From NCBI RefSeq assembly GCF_009914755.1, contig NC_060928.1: DNA of 64,000 nt; one strand, written 5' to 3'. The DNA is from the human T2T-CHM13v2.0 reference genome, Homo sapiens. Under the pieces are notes generated by a model that was not told where the DNA came from, made no database searches, and saw only the letters and a list, made by a program, of their open reading frames with translations. Positions 47,110 through 59,500 of this stretch are shown in pieces. Position numbers and translations under genes: made by a program. How positions within the stretch are numbered: position 1 is the stretch's first letter; every line of letters starts with the position of its first letter.

Positions 47110-47431
47110 AATTAATTTATTTATTTATTTTTGAGACGGAGTTTCGCTCTGTCGCCCAGGCTGGAGTGCAGTGGCGCGATCTCGGCTCACGGCAAGCTCC
47201 GCCTCCCGAGTTCACGCCATTTTCCTGCCTCAGCCTCACGAGTAGCTAGGACTCTAGGCGCCTGCAACCACGCCCGGCTAAATTTTTGTATTTTTAGTAG
47301 AGACGGGGTTTCACCGTGTTAGCCAGGACAGTCTCGATCTCCTGACCTCGTGATCCACCAGCGACCTCGTAATCCGCCCGCCTCAGCCTCCCAAAGTGCT
47401 GGGATTACAGGCGTGAGCCACCGCGACCGGC
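47110..47431 (-). mobile_element. AluY with a 19-nt internal tandem duplication
   Basis: Y diagnostics and many intact CpGs. GACCTCGTGATCCACCAGC / GACCTCGTAATCCGCCCGC tandem at 47344-47381. TSD approximately ATTAATTT. Confidence 0.93.
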
Positions 47432-48423
47432 ATTAATTTTATTTTTTAAGTTGAATATCCTAATATTGCTCCACCTTCTCTGTAGTTCTTTAAAAAAAAA
47501 AAAAAAAAAAAAAGGCCAAACTGAAGCCACAAATTGTATGAAATAAAAATTAATGATAACTAATGCCATATATATTTCTCCCAGCAGAACTTCTCATAAA
47601 AAAATTATGATCTGGACTACCTCGGGTCTCATCTTACCCCTTCAGCATGACTGGGAGTGAGTAAGGAGTAAGCACATAGGTAAAATAATGACATAGCAAC
47701 AGAAAAATCAAGATTTCCCTGACAGGATCAATAAAGAAAACACTCCATAAACCAAAATAGCTCCAACAAAATGGCTATAGAACATCTTTTAGTACTTAGC
47801 ATAGTAGTCTACCTGTACTAAACTCTCAAAAGATAAATGGAAATTTTAGTTACATACTGTGGTGGAGGGATTTTTATGAAACTTGTGTTTAGACTGGCAA
47901 CCTTACACAGGAGATCAGTATACAACATTCCATATACCTGTTTTTAAAGTCAAATGTTTCCTGCTCTGTATGAGGATTGAAAAATTGAATACAACAATCA
48001 ATGAATTGCATCATATTTTTAAATCAATTCTCAACATTTTTAAAAATAACTATAAATCTATTTTTAAACTACTCATAAATCTATTAACATATTTTGGCAA
48101 TGTTTAGTGCTAATTAATGTATAATTACTGAATCATTCATTCTAATTATTTTCACAAAATAATATGTTTCTTCAGAAAAAAATATAAAGTTATAGGAGCA
48201 AACAGAAAATTGACTCAGTTTCCTTGGTACTACAAAAACATGGGAATGTGTGCTGAGAAAACACATATTCTCTTAGAAGCCATGGGAATATGTGCTCAAA
48301 ATATGTACTGTGTATATATAGCAGGTGAAGGAGCTTCTGGAAGTGCTTAGGAAAAAAAGACTTTCTTGTTCAAACTATTATATATATAATATATTTTATA
48401 TTTTTATATAATAAATCTATAAG

Positions 48424-48742
48424 CAGAGAATCAGAACATACTGAAATAATTTTTATGACTTAGGTTAACATAAACTGTCCCAGAAACATACACATGATTT
48501 AAACTAAGGCTACTGTGGGAAGCTTATGAGTATTTAAAAAGGAAATTTTTTGTGGGTGTGGGGAGCAAACAGAAATGTTACAGGCAAAGATTACATCCAT
48601 GCTGCATGTGGTGGAAAATCCTGGGTTTCAGTTCTCAAGGAAAGAGACTCAAGGTTGAGGTCTGAGTATTCCTGGGGTTCAGATGCAGCCAGTGATACTT
48701 CAGGAGGTGCAAAGGATTGAGAAAAAAGCAGAAGAAAAAAAT
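48424..48742 (+). repeat. Local direct repeat, copy 1 (paralog of 49605-49917)
   Basis: CAGAGAATCAGAACATACTGAAAT...GTGCAAAGGATTGAGAAAAAAGCAGAAGAAAAAAAT aligns end to end with copy 2. Confidence 0.92.
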
Positions 48743-49112
48743 AATTTTATAGTATTAATTTTTAAAAATAATATAATTTATATTATATAAATATGTAAAC
48801 ATTTATATATAACTATAGAATTTTATGTTTTATATATATATATAATAAATGAAGTCTGAATTAAAGGTCATTTGTCTCTCAGGTCAAGGCTTCTACAAAG
48901 TCCATTGTCATTAATAGTCAAATTAGGGTTTTCATGGGAGTGGAAAAAAGAGGAAAACAACTCATCCTTAGAGAAGGTGAACTTGTCAAGGACTGCCTGT
49001 CATTGTTTTTGCTATTACGTTCCTTGCCTGTCACTCCAAAGGACAGCCTCCAGGATAAGTTAATGGCAATACAGTTTAAAACAGTTGCCGTGTCGTAAGA
49101 CATCGCTCAGTT

Positions 49113-49141
49113 TCACAACAGTGAAGATGTCGTGGAACATC
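49113..49141 (-). CDS. Candidate terminal exon, coding part (G)CSTTSSLL*, or a purely 3'UTR exon, of an unidentified gene
   Basis: Minus-strand acceptor ctttctaatcag|GATGTTCC at 49142/49141. Non-repeat sequence with locally retained CpGs. Phase-compatible with the 60383-60442 candidate exon. No homology search done. Confidence 0.25.
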
Positions 49142-49417
49142 CTGATTAGAAAGCTGTACTACAAGGCATTCCTTACAATCACTAAGCTGAATTTTTTAAA
49201 AGTCACCAAGACTTTATCGCTCTTCCTAATTACTTTGTGTGCAACCCTAGTAGGATTTAAATGAAAAGTAACCCTTCCGTCAGACTGAGATCTTCACAGT
49301 ATCTCTCACTTCAGGAGGTGCAAAAGAAAATCATCTGTTTCATCATTGTGGTAGAAGCAGTGCTGGGATGACATGAAAACTAATATCTTTGTCTTCATAA
49401 GAGATTCTGGAGGAATA

Positions 49418-49507
49418 ATTTAGAATAGACTAGTTATTTAGAATAGAATATTCTTTAGAATCGAATAGTTATTCTTTAGAATAGAATATCTACTCTTTAG
49501 AATAGCT
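49418..49507. repeat. Degenerate minisatellite built on TTTAGAATAG
   Basis: About five copies of the TTTAGAATAG core with variable spacers. Confidence 0.75.
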
Positions 49508-49604
49508 AATGCTTGATCACATAATTACATAAAGTTTTGCAAGTGGAAATAAAATGTCTTAGATATTCATTTAGAAAACCATTAGGTTACATTAATTTAT
49601 TTCT

Positions 49605-49917
49605 CAGAGAATCACAACATACTGAAATGAATTATATGACTTAGGTTAACATAAACTGGCCCAGAAACATAAACATACAATTTAAACTAAGGCTGCTGTG
49701 AGTAGCTTATGAGTATTTAAAAAGGAAATGTTTTGTGGGTGTGGGGAGCACACAAAAATGTTACAGGCAGATTACATCCATGATCCACATGGTTCAAAAT
49801 CCTAGGATGCAATTCTCAAGGTAAGAGAATTAATGCTGAGGTCTGGGTATTCATAGGGTTTAGAAATAGCCAGTGATACTGTGCAAAGGATTGAGAAAAA
49901 AAGTAGAAGAAAAAAAT
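49605..49917 (+). repeat. Local direct repeat, copy 2
   Basis: See copy 1. Offset 1181 bp. Confidence 0.92.
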
Positions 49918-51399
49918 CTTACCGCAAAAGCTAGAGCCACTTGGAAAACTTTAAAGTACATTAAAAGTCAGAATTGTGATCTTGAAATTAATATTCTTAT
50001 TAAGGGTTAGAAAAGGGAATCCATTGAAATTAATTGCAAGAATGAAGTGAAAAAAGAAAGGAATGGTGGCTGGGGCTATTCGTGATAGACACATGAATTG
50101 CAAAGATTTATCTAAATGATGGAGATTCAATTCTGTTATTGTGTTGTATTCATAGGGAAAGAATAGCTAAATGAACAAAAACTGAAAAAAGGAAATCAGC
50201 AGTATGAGAATTTCTATTAATAGGTATGAAAGCAAAACTAAAGAAAAACTAATTGTGAGAGAAAATGGGAAAAATAGAAAGTCATCAAGCTAGATTAAAT
50301 GCCATACTAGAAGATAATATAATAAATAATAGATTTCCCTCAAATCCAAAAACTGTAATTATCTCCCCATGGTTATATATTATTATGTAAATGCCAGCCA
50401 AATGTTCATCTTTCATCACATTTCTAGAGACCTACTCGACACATGAGTGGGAGTCCTTTTGAAACACGGGGAAAAAAATTCCGAGGTGAGAGTTTTCCGA
50501 CTTTAATCTCAGAAATCTTTGGCATTTGTTATTGACTCTCAGCAAGGTATATACGTTTAGTTTCTCAATCAATTAAAACCTGTAAACAAATTCCATTATT
50601 AGGAATTCTCTTTTATTCCTTGTCTATCCAAATGGTCTAATTATAGTTGCTAGAATTGACTATGTAAAAAATCCTTCAATCTTGAATGCCTGAGCTTTGG
50701 AACGTTTCAGATAAAATATTTTCTCTTTTCCTGGTATTTGCTACACTCATTTTTCCCTCAACAAATTAGTAAGTTTCAAATCATCCTAATAAAGCTGGTG
50801 TTCTCATTAGTTTACCATATATATTTTCTGGCTGGGTGTAGAAATGTTCATTATAAAACAAACACTAGTGTCTGTGGTCTTATGTATTAGAGTCTAATGA
50901 TAAATGAAAAGTGGCATCCACTCTTGATGCTGTGTGATATCAATCCTAGGAAGATTGTGAACCACTGTGTGTGGCTTTGATCACTGACATAGTCTTAGCA
51001 ATAACTTCTAGTGTAGTTTAGTATTCCGTGATTTTATAGATGGTTTTAGATTTTGTTGATATCTGGATTTTGAAGGTAATGAAACTAAACCTGAAATACA
51101 TTAATCACTATATGGACTTTCATAATCATTATGAAACAGATTTTTTAAAGTTGAAGTTGACTTGCAAATATATTTTATTGATGCAGCCACTTTTCTGTGA
51201 ATTAAAGGAGGTGAGTTGTCACAGCAGGTAGGAGTGAATGAGCTGCTAGAAATACTTAGATGGAAAAAAAAAAAAAAAAAACCTGTTCAAACCATCATTC
51301 CCCAGATTTAAGCAACAGCGGTTATACTTGGCTGCTCCAGCAACCTTCCCTCACATCTATCTAATCAAACCCTCACAGGCTATGAGTATACAAGTCTCT

Positions 51400-51945
51400 A
51401 GTCTTACCATCCCACCTTCAATCAATGACTTTTAAAAAATCTGATCATACCATACATTGGTTTCTTCAGTGACTTATCAAAGTGGTTCAGTGGCTTTGAT
51501 CAAAGATCAAAATATTCAGCTCTTTATGCTCTAATCCCAGCCCATCTTTCAAGCTTCATCTCTACCACATCAGTCCTACTTCTGTCTACACTTCAGCCAT
51601 GTCTGTTACTTGTTTCTTAATTATTCTATGTCTTCATGTATTCCCCTAAGGCTTCTCCTACTTCACCTCCTTCTCTGAAATTGTTTTTAAATCCTCCAAC
51701 ACACACACATACACACACACAGACACACAATTTCTTTTCCTGTGCCCTGACGCATCTCATATATGTCTCTATAATAGCATTCAACATTGAGTTGTAGTTA
51801 TTTATCTTCATATCTATTTTACCACTAGAAATGTACTCTTTCCAGTCAGAGGCTGTATCTTATTCATCTTGTATCCTTGGCACCTTGGATAGTCCCCAGA
51901 GCTTGCCAGTAACTCAGTACAAGTTTGATGAATGGATGATTAGTG
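51400..51945 (+). mobile_element. L2 3' fragment with internal (CA)n
   Basis: TCTGATCATACC...TCTTATTCATCTTGTATCC...AACTCAGTACAAGTTTGATGAATGGATGA. Confidence 0.65.
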
Positions 51946-53168
51946 ATGTCTCCATAATTATATTAAAAAATCAGAGAGACCTGTTAGTTAATTATAACAT
52001 TATTTGAAATTTCATCAATTGAAACAAACAAAAAGACATTTCATTATAAGAATGTTATATAAACAGTTGAGGTTTACTAACTTATTGCTTTGTGAAGGGC
52101 AGGCACTTGTATTCAGAAGCATTCCTAAAGTTCAAAAACCGATGCCCTCCATTTCACAACTTTGGTGATGTCACTAAATGAGAATCATAAATGGAAAAAA
52201 AGAGAAAAAAATTGTTTCAGAAGAAATTAAGCACAGAAGAACATTCCCTTCCAAATATTCTTAATTACTTACCTAATTCATTTTTGCTAATAATGCATTA
52301 AGTGGGAATTTCAATTATGTGGTTTAAAGATAAAATAAATGAATATTTAATTCATACTTAATTCAAAGAGGGAAATACTTTCAAATAGTAAAAATCATTT
52401 GAAAAGTATTCATACTTCACTTTAATGAAAGATAAGAATTTATTTTATGCTAAATACTTCAAACTGTCATATAAATAGCCTGTGAAGGAAAGATCATGAA
52501 AAACTATCCTTGAAATCTATTTGTGTTTAACTTCTAGAAATAGACACATTTCTCCAAGCAAGGACAAAGAAAATCCAAGTAACTATAGTTACAAATATAC
52601 TACTAGTATCTTATTTAAAATCTTTTAATTTTTTAACTTTTCTTAATTTATTCATTTTAAAGTAAACATGTTTTTTAAATTATGATGCTTATCCGTAGTA
52701 TTACAATTGTTTATTATCTTTAAGTTGAAATTTCAAAAAAACTTCAGACTACTCCAGAGACTACGATTAAAGGTCAAACTCTGTAGATGACAAAGCATAT
52801 GATCAGATTACAAATTTAAAATACTTGATAATTTTTGAAAATTTGGGTACAGTTTTTCTATCCTGATTTTATAATTTGACATTATAAAGCAGCATTTTTG
52901 ATTACTCAAACAAATTTGGATTGAGTAATAGGAGTCTTTTTTGGAAAGGACATAATGTGATTGATTTTTAGCTACATGCAATTAAAATCATTTTTTGCAT
53001 GTCATTTCTAGTGCTATGAATTTAAATGCAATAAACTTTCTTTAAACTAACAGTTTGCAGAATGGCTACTTTAGTAACAAAATTATCTCATTTGTAGAGA
53101 GTGATGTCTGGACTAACATTTTACATGCCATAAGACATAATTATCATTTATTTGAACTTTATTCAGTA

Positions 53169-53529
53169 CAGTCATATGTCACTTAATGATGAGGATATGT
53201 TCTGAGAAATGTGCCATTTGATTATTTCATCATTGTACAACCATCAAAGAGTATGTGCACTTCCACAAACCTGGATGGTATAGCCTACTCCATACCCAGG
53301 ATATATGGTATAGCCTATTGCTCCTAGGCTACAAACCTGTACAGCATATTTCTGTACTGAATACAGTTGACATGTATTGTAGACACAGACAATTGTAACA
53401 CAGTAGTAGGAATTTGCATATCTAAATATAGAAAAGGTATAGTAAAAATGTGGTATTATAATCTTATGGGACCACCCCTGAATATGGAGTTGGTTGTTGT
53501 TGGAAGCATCATTATGTGGGCCATGACTT
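53169..53529 (+). mobile_element. Tigger3a (MER7A) DNA transposon
   Basis: TA|CAGTCATATGTCACTTAATGATGAGGATATGTTCTGAGAAATG...GGTATAGCCTATTGCTCCTAGGCTACAAACCTGTACAGCAT...CATGACTT|TA. TIRs and TA TSD present. Confidence 0.88.
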
Positions 53530-54344
53530 TATTTCCTTAATGACTCAGAGGTGCTTTTGAAGTGTTATATTCTCTCAGGAATTCTAATGTTATTTATAGT
53601 TACTATAATATAACTCATTCATTCATTCAACAAATATTATTGATGTTGTCATACATTTTGCTAAAGTCACAATTAATTAATTTTAGTTTACATGTTGTCA
53701 ACCAATAGAGATTTTTTCATACTTTATTGAATATACAATGCTATCAATTATAAATGTTCCATTATTTTATGTGCCACTAAAGGAAAACAACACATTTGCT
53801 ATTTAAAACTTTTACACTGTGATTTCTTACCACTTAGAACACCTATATCTATAAAAAGGGCTCTTTTAGATTTATTTATACATAGATTTTTACCAACTCA
53901 TCTTGAAAAATTTATGCAAAATAGATTGTGTATTGCTAAAACGTTTCTCATAATTAAAGTCTAACTTCTATGAAACACTTTGCAATTCCAAGTGATAAAT
54001 GGTTATACGTTTTTTTTCATACAGAATTTTCTTCCAGGCCACCAAGCAAATTGGTGAAGCAGCATTTCTTAAAAGAGAGTTCTACTATTGACTCCAAGCT
54101 TCTCATACCTATACTGCAGGTTTTGAGGCTGATGCTTTCTCGATCTCACAGATGTTAATAAACAGTTTTCAGATAACATGTAAAAATCATATTCCCCCTT
54201 CCGTGGTTTTCACATGGTTTGTTTACAGAACTACCATAGTGTTGCAGGTTTACTGTCATGCCACAAGGATTAACAACAAAATCTATTCATGTGAATGCAA
54301 TACATAGTGTCTCAACTACCACCTGGACAATAGCAAACATAATT

Positions 54345-54428
54345 TACCACCATCTGCAAATTGCATATCAATTTCAGAAACGTTAAAATGTATAAAATAA
54401 GTGCATCTTACAATCAATGAAAAACAGT
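54345..54428. mobile_element. MER104/Kanga (Tc2) terminal fragment
   Basis: ATTTCAGAAACGTTAAAATGT...GTGCATCTTACAATCAATGAAAAACAGTA. Confidence 0.6.
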
Positions 54429-54808
54429 AGCCATAAATTCACATTAATATTAGTAACTGACTTTTATTTTAATATATGTTGTTAAATCATAAAATCAAGA
54501 TTATGTGAATTTTGTAATTATTTAAAATTTCCTTGACAAGATTGCCTTCCCTACAGGTTGGTATATCAACGTGATTCCTCCCTAAAATCTTCTACTAATG
54601 CTATAAATTTCAGGATACTATATACTACTTCCTTCTTCTAACCAATCATTTGACTCTCCAGTCATTTTTCTTTAACAACACCCATGAAAGTCACGTTGGT
54701 TCATGAAGTGTCTTCTTGCTCTTCTTACCAATGATTTTTATTGTTTCTGAGTATAAGAAATTATTTGAACATGAAAAACAAAATCATAAATTTCTATATA
54801 ATAGTAAT

Positions 54809-55253
54809 TGTTAAATTAAATTTAGCCTAAAACTTGAATTCCTGCATAGCCTATATCTTGAATTTCTGCATAGCAAACTGCAACCTAACTTAGCATGTGG
54901 AAAAAAAAAAATCCCTGCAACCTAAGTATATATTCTTGCAACAAATAGCAGAGTGTCAGCCAATCACAAGCAGCCAAGCTTCAGTCAATCACAAGTTGCC
55001 AGCTATTCAGACCATCTCCGTATAAGGCAAATGCCTCACAAACCCATTCCCAAATAAGGCAAATGCCAGGGTATAACAAATTAAGCTGTTTCTGTACAAC
55101 ACTTTCTTTTTCTGTCGATAAATACTGCCTCCCCATGTTGCTGGATAAAACTTTCGAAAGCTCTCCTGGCTCAGAGTACAGCCTGATTCATGAATCATTC
55201 TTGCTCAAATAAACTCTGCTAAATGTAATTTGTCTAAAGTTTTTCTTTTAATA
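54809..55253 (+). mobile_element. MER57-family (ERV1) solo LTR
   Basis: TGTTAAATTAAATTTAGCCTAAA...CAGCCAATCACA...AAGGCAAATGCC...GCTCAAATAAACTCTGCTAAATGTAATTTGTCTAAAGTTTTTCTTTTAATA. Confidence 0.8.
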
Positions 55254-55499
55254 CAATGATATTTTAGTGTTCATTGACTGAGAAAGTCTGTACTAACAAG
55301 TAACTACTATGCATGTAATAAATTTAGATTTTTTTCTGATTAAGAATCGCAATAGCTAGTATATACACTTAAAATTGCTAGCACATAGAATCGAGTGACT
55401 CTTTGTTATAAAATAAAAAGACTACATGTGCTGTGCCTGTAGGCATGAAGGCTCCCATGCATTAGTTCCTCTGCCCTGTGCCTATGCAGCATTACAAAT

Positions 55500-56039
55500 T
55501 GTGGTAGTTAATATTGAGTGTCAACTTGATTGGATTGAAGGATGCAAAGTTTCATTCCTGGGTGTGTCTGTGAGAGTGCTGCCAAAGGAGATTAACATTT
55601 CAGTCAGTGGACTGGGAGAGGCAGACCCACCCTTAATCTGGGTGGTCACCATCTAATCAGCTGCCAGTGCGGTTAGAATAAAGCAGGCAGAGGAAGGTGG
55701 AAAGAGCAAACTTGCTGAGTCTTCCAAGCTTCATTTTTCTCCTACACTGTATACTTCCTACCCTCGACATTGGACTCCAATTTCTTCAGCTTTTGGACTC
55801 TTGGACTTACACACCAGTGGTTTGCCAGGGGCCCTTAGGCCTTCGGCCACAGACTGAAGACTGCACTCTCGGCTTCCCTAATTTGAGGTTTTGGGACTCG
55901 GACTGGCTTTCTTGCTCCTCAGCTTGCAGACAGCCCACTGTGGCACTTCACCTTGTAATCATGTGAGTCAATACCCCTTAATAAACTCCCCTTCAAATAT
56001 ACATTTATCTTATACCTCTAGAGAACCCTGAATAATACA
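55500..56039 (+). mobile_element. MLT2A2 (HERV-L) solo LTR
   Basis: TGTGGTAGTTAATATTGAGTGTCAACTTGATTGGATTG...CTCTAGAGAACCCTGAATAATACA. Perfect TSD CAAAT (55495-55499 / 56040-56044). Has the MLT2A2 ACCAGTGGTTTGCCAGGGG segment. Confidence 0.93.
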
Positions 56040-56611
56040 CAAATCAATTGTAGCTCTCTTTCCTTCTGAGTCCAGCCATGGATTCAGGGACTTCTCACAC
56101 ATAGCTCCAGCCACACCAACGGACTGGAGTTTATGCTACAAGTAAAACCCATTTGCTATCCCAACTCTGGAATATACTTTTTCACATGCTGCAAAAAACA
56201 ACTGCTTCCTAACGTTTTCTACATTTCTCTCTTTCACTCGTTTACAACCATTTTCTTTTTCTCCTGCCTCTATGAAATCTTGTCAATCAAGAATATTTTT
56301 GCCATATTCTTATCGTCAATTAAGATATAAACATTGCACATATTATACATCATAATTTAATGTTTATTGAACTTTTACTTAACATGCACAGCACTGTCTT
56401 AGAAACTGTGAATATAAATAAAATATTGCAATGCTTCTTGGCCTCAAAAAATTACAAACAAGTAGGGAAGGCATTAATGACTATAAGTAATTGCAATATA
56501 TTGTAATCTATTTATAGGTGTCACTTCTTAAATATACCCTATTGTGACCATACAGAGGACACTAAACCTCAGTCTAGTTAAAAGAAAATGCTTCTCCAAA
56601 CTTACCAGTAT

Positions 56612-57102
56612 TTTAATGGGTGCAACTTTACTTCTACCTAGGGTCTCTGGCTGGGCCTGAGAATTAATTTGGCATAGGTAGATTAACAGGAGAAACACAC
56701 ACACACACATTTACGTAAGTTTTACATAACATGGGAGCCCTCATAATGAAATAAATATCCAAAGAATTGGCAAAACCTAAATGTGCTTTATACTAGGTTG
56801 AACAAAGAGACGCAATTGTAGAAAAATAACTAAACTATGGGGGAGAATAAAGGAAGATAAGAATCATCTTAACAAAATCTGTTTGTGTACAATTCTCTTG
56901 GCTATGACTCCCTGTAGAATAATGTTTTTCTCCTGGCACAGGAAGGGTATCTTTCACTTGGGAGTTTTTATCTCCTGTTTTCAGAAAGAAAAGGGGAGAT
57001 TAGAATGCCCTTCTTGCATCTGCTGTTTTTCAAGGGCTTTTAGCTCAAAATAATTCTTACACTAAAGTGATACATTTTGGGGTGATGTGTTCTGAACTTC
57101 AA
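56612..57102 (-). mobile_element. MER34/MER39-like (ERV1) LTR
   Basis: AGCTCAAAATAATTCTTAC...CATTTTGGGGTGATGTGTTCTGAAC (LTR 5' end in antisense) and GGTAGATTAACAGGAGAAA. Confidence 0.65.
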
Positions 57103-57148
57103 AACACACACACATACACACAAACACACACACACACACAACATACAC
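57103..57148. repeat. (CA)n microsatellite
   Basis: Direct reading. Confidence 0.85.
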
Positions 57149-58050
57149 TCTGACTACACAAGTAAGCCATTTCCCACAAGGAAACTATATGTGAAAAGTC
57201 ATGGAAGAATTAAATCACAAGATTTTGTTTGAACTGAAGTAAGTTTAATGTGGGAGCATAATATTCAGGAGGGAAATGGCTGCAATTAAAGTAGAACTAT
57301 TAAATAGGCTTCAAATTTTTAAGCAACTTGGGCATATATCTTTCTTTGCCTCTCAATTCTGCATATGAGATGGCACTGGAATTTGTAAGCATAAATGTCA
57401 CATCATGATGGTATTTCTCCTAGGAGAAAAGAGAAAAAGAATAAAAGTAAGAAGACCAGGTAAACTGCTGCATTTGTTAAAGAAATCGAAGAAGATAACC
57501 TAAACTAAAGCAAGAGGGGTGAAGGAAGGTGGTTATACTTGAGAGTTAGTTACACTAATAAGACTTGTTAATTTAGTACATAGAGTATGAGAGTATAAAG
57601 AGGAATTAATGGTGAATCTAAAAGCAAAAACAACAATAATACACACACACGCAAACCATCAATTAAAGAAGAGAAATTTGTCTGGCATTTCAAAACAAAA
57701 TAGGAGTCTCTTAAACGGAAATTCCCAGCCTTATTTCTGTATAGATTCTCAATAATTGTCTCAAGAATAATTTTGAAATTTTCAAATAAAAAAAAATTTA
57801 CCTTAACTTAAAAAGTAATTAGTAATAACACTAGTTTATTTTTTCTATGGCTCAAAACCAGTGTCACCAAATCAATCAAACAATCATATGTTAGTTCACC
57901 CAACAGGCTGAGGGCCATTGGCTTTGTGAAGATGAGTCATATTTCTCCTACATCTGTGATAGCTGTTAATTTTTTTAACTCATGGGATAAATATTCCATT
58001 GACAATCAAAGAAGTTTTAACTGTTAGAAGTGCTCAACTTATTTAATTAA

Positions 58051-58341
<291 letters not shown>

Positions 58342-58589
58342 CAAACTCTTTAATTTAATATTGATGCCCTTGTACACAGTTACTCTGTCATCCTCAGATC
58401 CCACATCTACCTTATATATGAATGCACATCACTTGTAATATGGTTTCTAGAAAAGGTGAATTTTCAGGTTACTTATGTTCATGGCCCAAACATGCACCTT
58501 TTAATTAAGATGGAACCAAGAAGCCAGGAAAAAGAGTATGTGAAAATTTCTCACCACCAAATTTGATAAGGTTTGGGATATCTATCAAG

Positions 58590-58820
58590 GAGGTGGTAGA
58601 GCCTAATAGCTAAAAGCAAGTGCTCTAGCACCCAGCAGACTTGGATTCATGCCCTTGCTCTGTGTGACAATGGTCAAGTTGCTTAATCTCTGACAGAGTT
58701 TCCATACCGTTAAAATAAAATAATAATTTCTATCTCAAAGACTTATCGTATTAAGAAAAATGATTGATATATCATGTTTAGTACAGTGTATTGACTATAG
58801 AAAATATGTAAAAATGGTAG
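58590..58820 (+). mobile_element. MIR
   Basis: AGACTTGGATTCATGCCC...TGTGTGACAATGGTCAAGTTGCTTAATCTCT...GTTTCCATACCGTTAAAAT core. Confidence 0.7.
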
Positions 58821-58884
58821 GTACTATTAAAATTCTCAATGCAAACAATAAGGAAAATTTATCCACATATTTCCTAAGTCATTA

Positions 58885-59500
58885 AAAATGGAGATGGAGC
58901 CTCGAATGGTCAGCGGGACTTAATGACTCATTTTCAAAGAATAGAGTATGAGAAGGTCTGAGAAAGGTAACTTCATAGTGGAGAAATCTGGCAAAGAGTA
59001 CACTGTCTAAGTGATTGAGATTAACCTTATTGGCAATAAGTCATGTTGAGAGCATGGACCCCTGATGTGAGGCTATGAGAAGGGCAAGTCAGTCTCTAAT
59101 ATTCTTCCTTGTCTAATCATGAGGAAAACATCAGGCAAACCCAAAATGGGAGACATGCTATGAATAGCTGATCAGTACTCCTCAAAGCTGTAAAGGTTGT
59201 GAAAAGCAAGGAAAGAGTGAGAAATTCACAAACCACAGGAAACTAAGGAAAACGATGACTAGACATGGCATAATATTCTAGGTGGGATTGTGGATTAGAA
59301 AAAGGGTATTAGTGAAAAAAGTAGTGAACTATGAACAAAGCCTGCAGTTTAGTAGTAATGCAGCAAGAATTAATGGTTTCTTAGTTTTGATAAATATACC
59401 CATGGTTATCAGTGAATGAATACAATACAGGAATTGTACTACCGTTGCAATTTTTCTATAAATCTAAATTTAAAACTATTCAAAAATAAAGTGTTTTAAA
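58885..59500 (+). mobile_element. L1MC3/4-like 3'UTR fragment
   Basis: AACTTCATAGTGGAGAAATCTGGCAAA...CTAATCATGAGGAAAACATCAGGCAAACCCAAAATGGGAGAC...TTGCAATTTTTCTATAAATCTAAA. Confidence 0.7.

Noticed and set aside
49418-49507. TTTAGAATAG repeats as a regulatory array
   Set aside because: Short, irregular and AT-rich. Most simply a slippage minisatellite.
54098-54180. Minus-strand donor TAG|gtatga with a short open frame
   Set aside because: No convincing upstream acceptor, and the phase does not clearly link to the other candidate exons.
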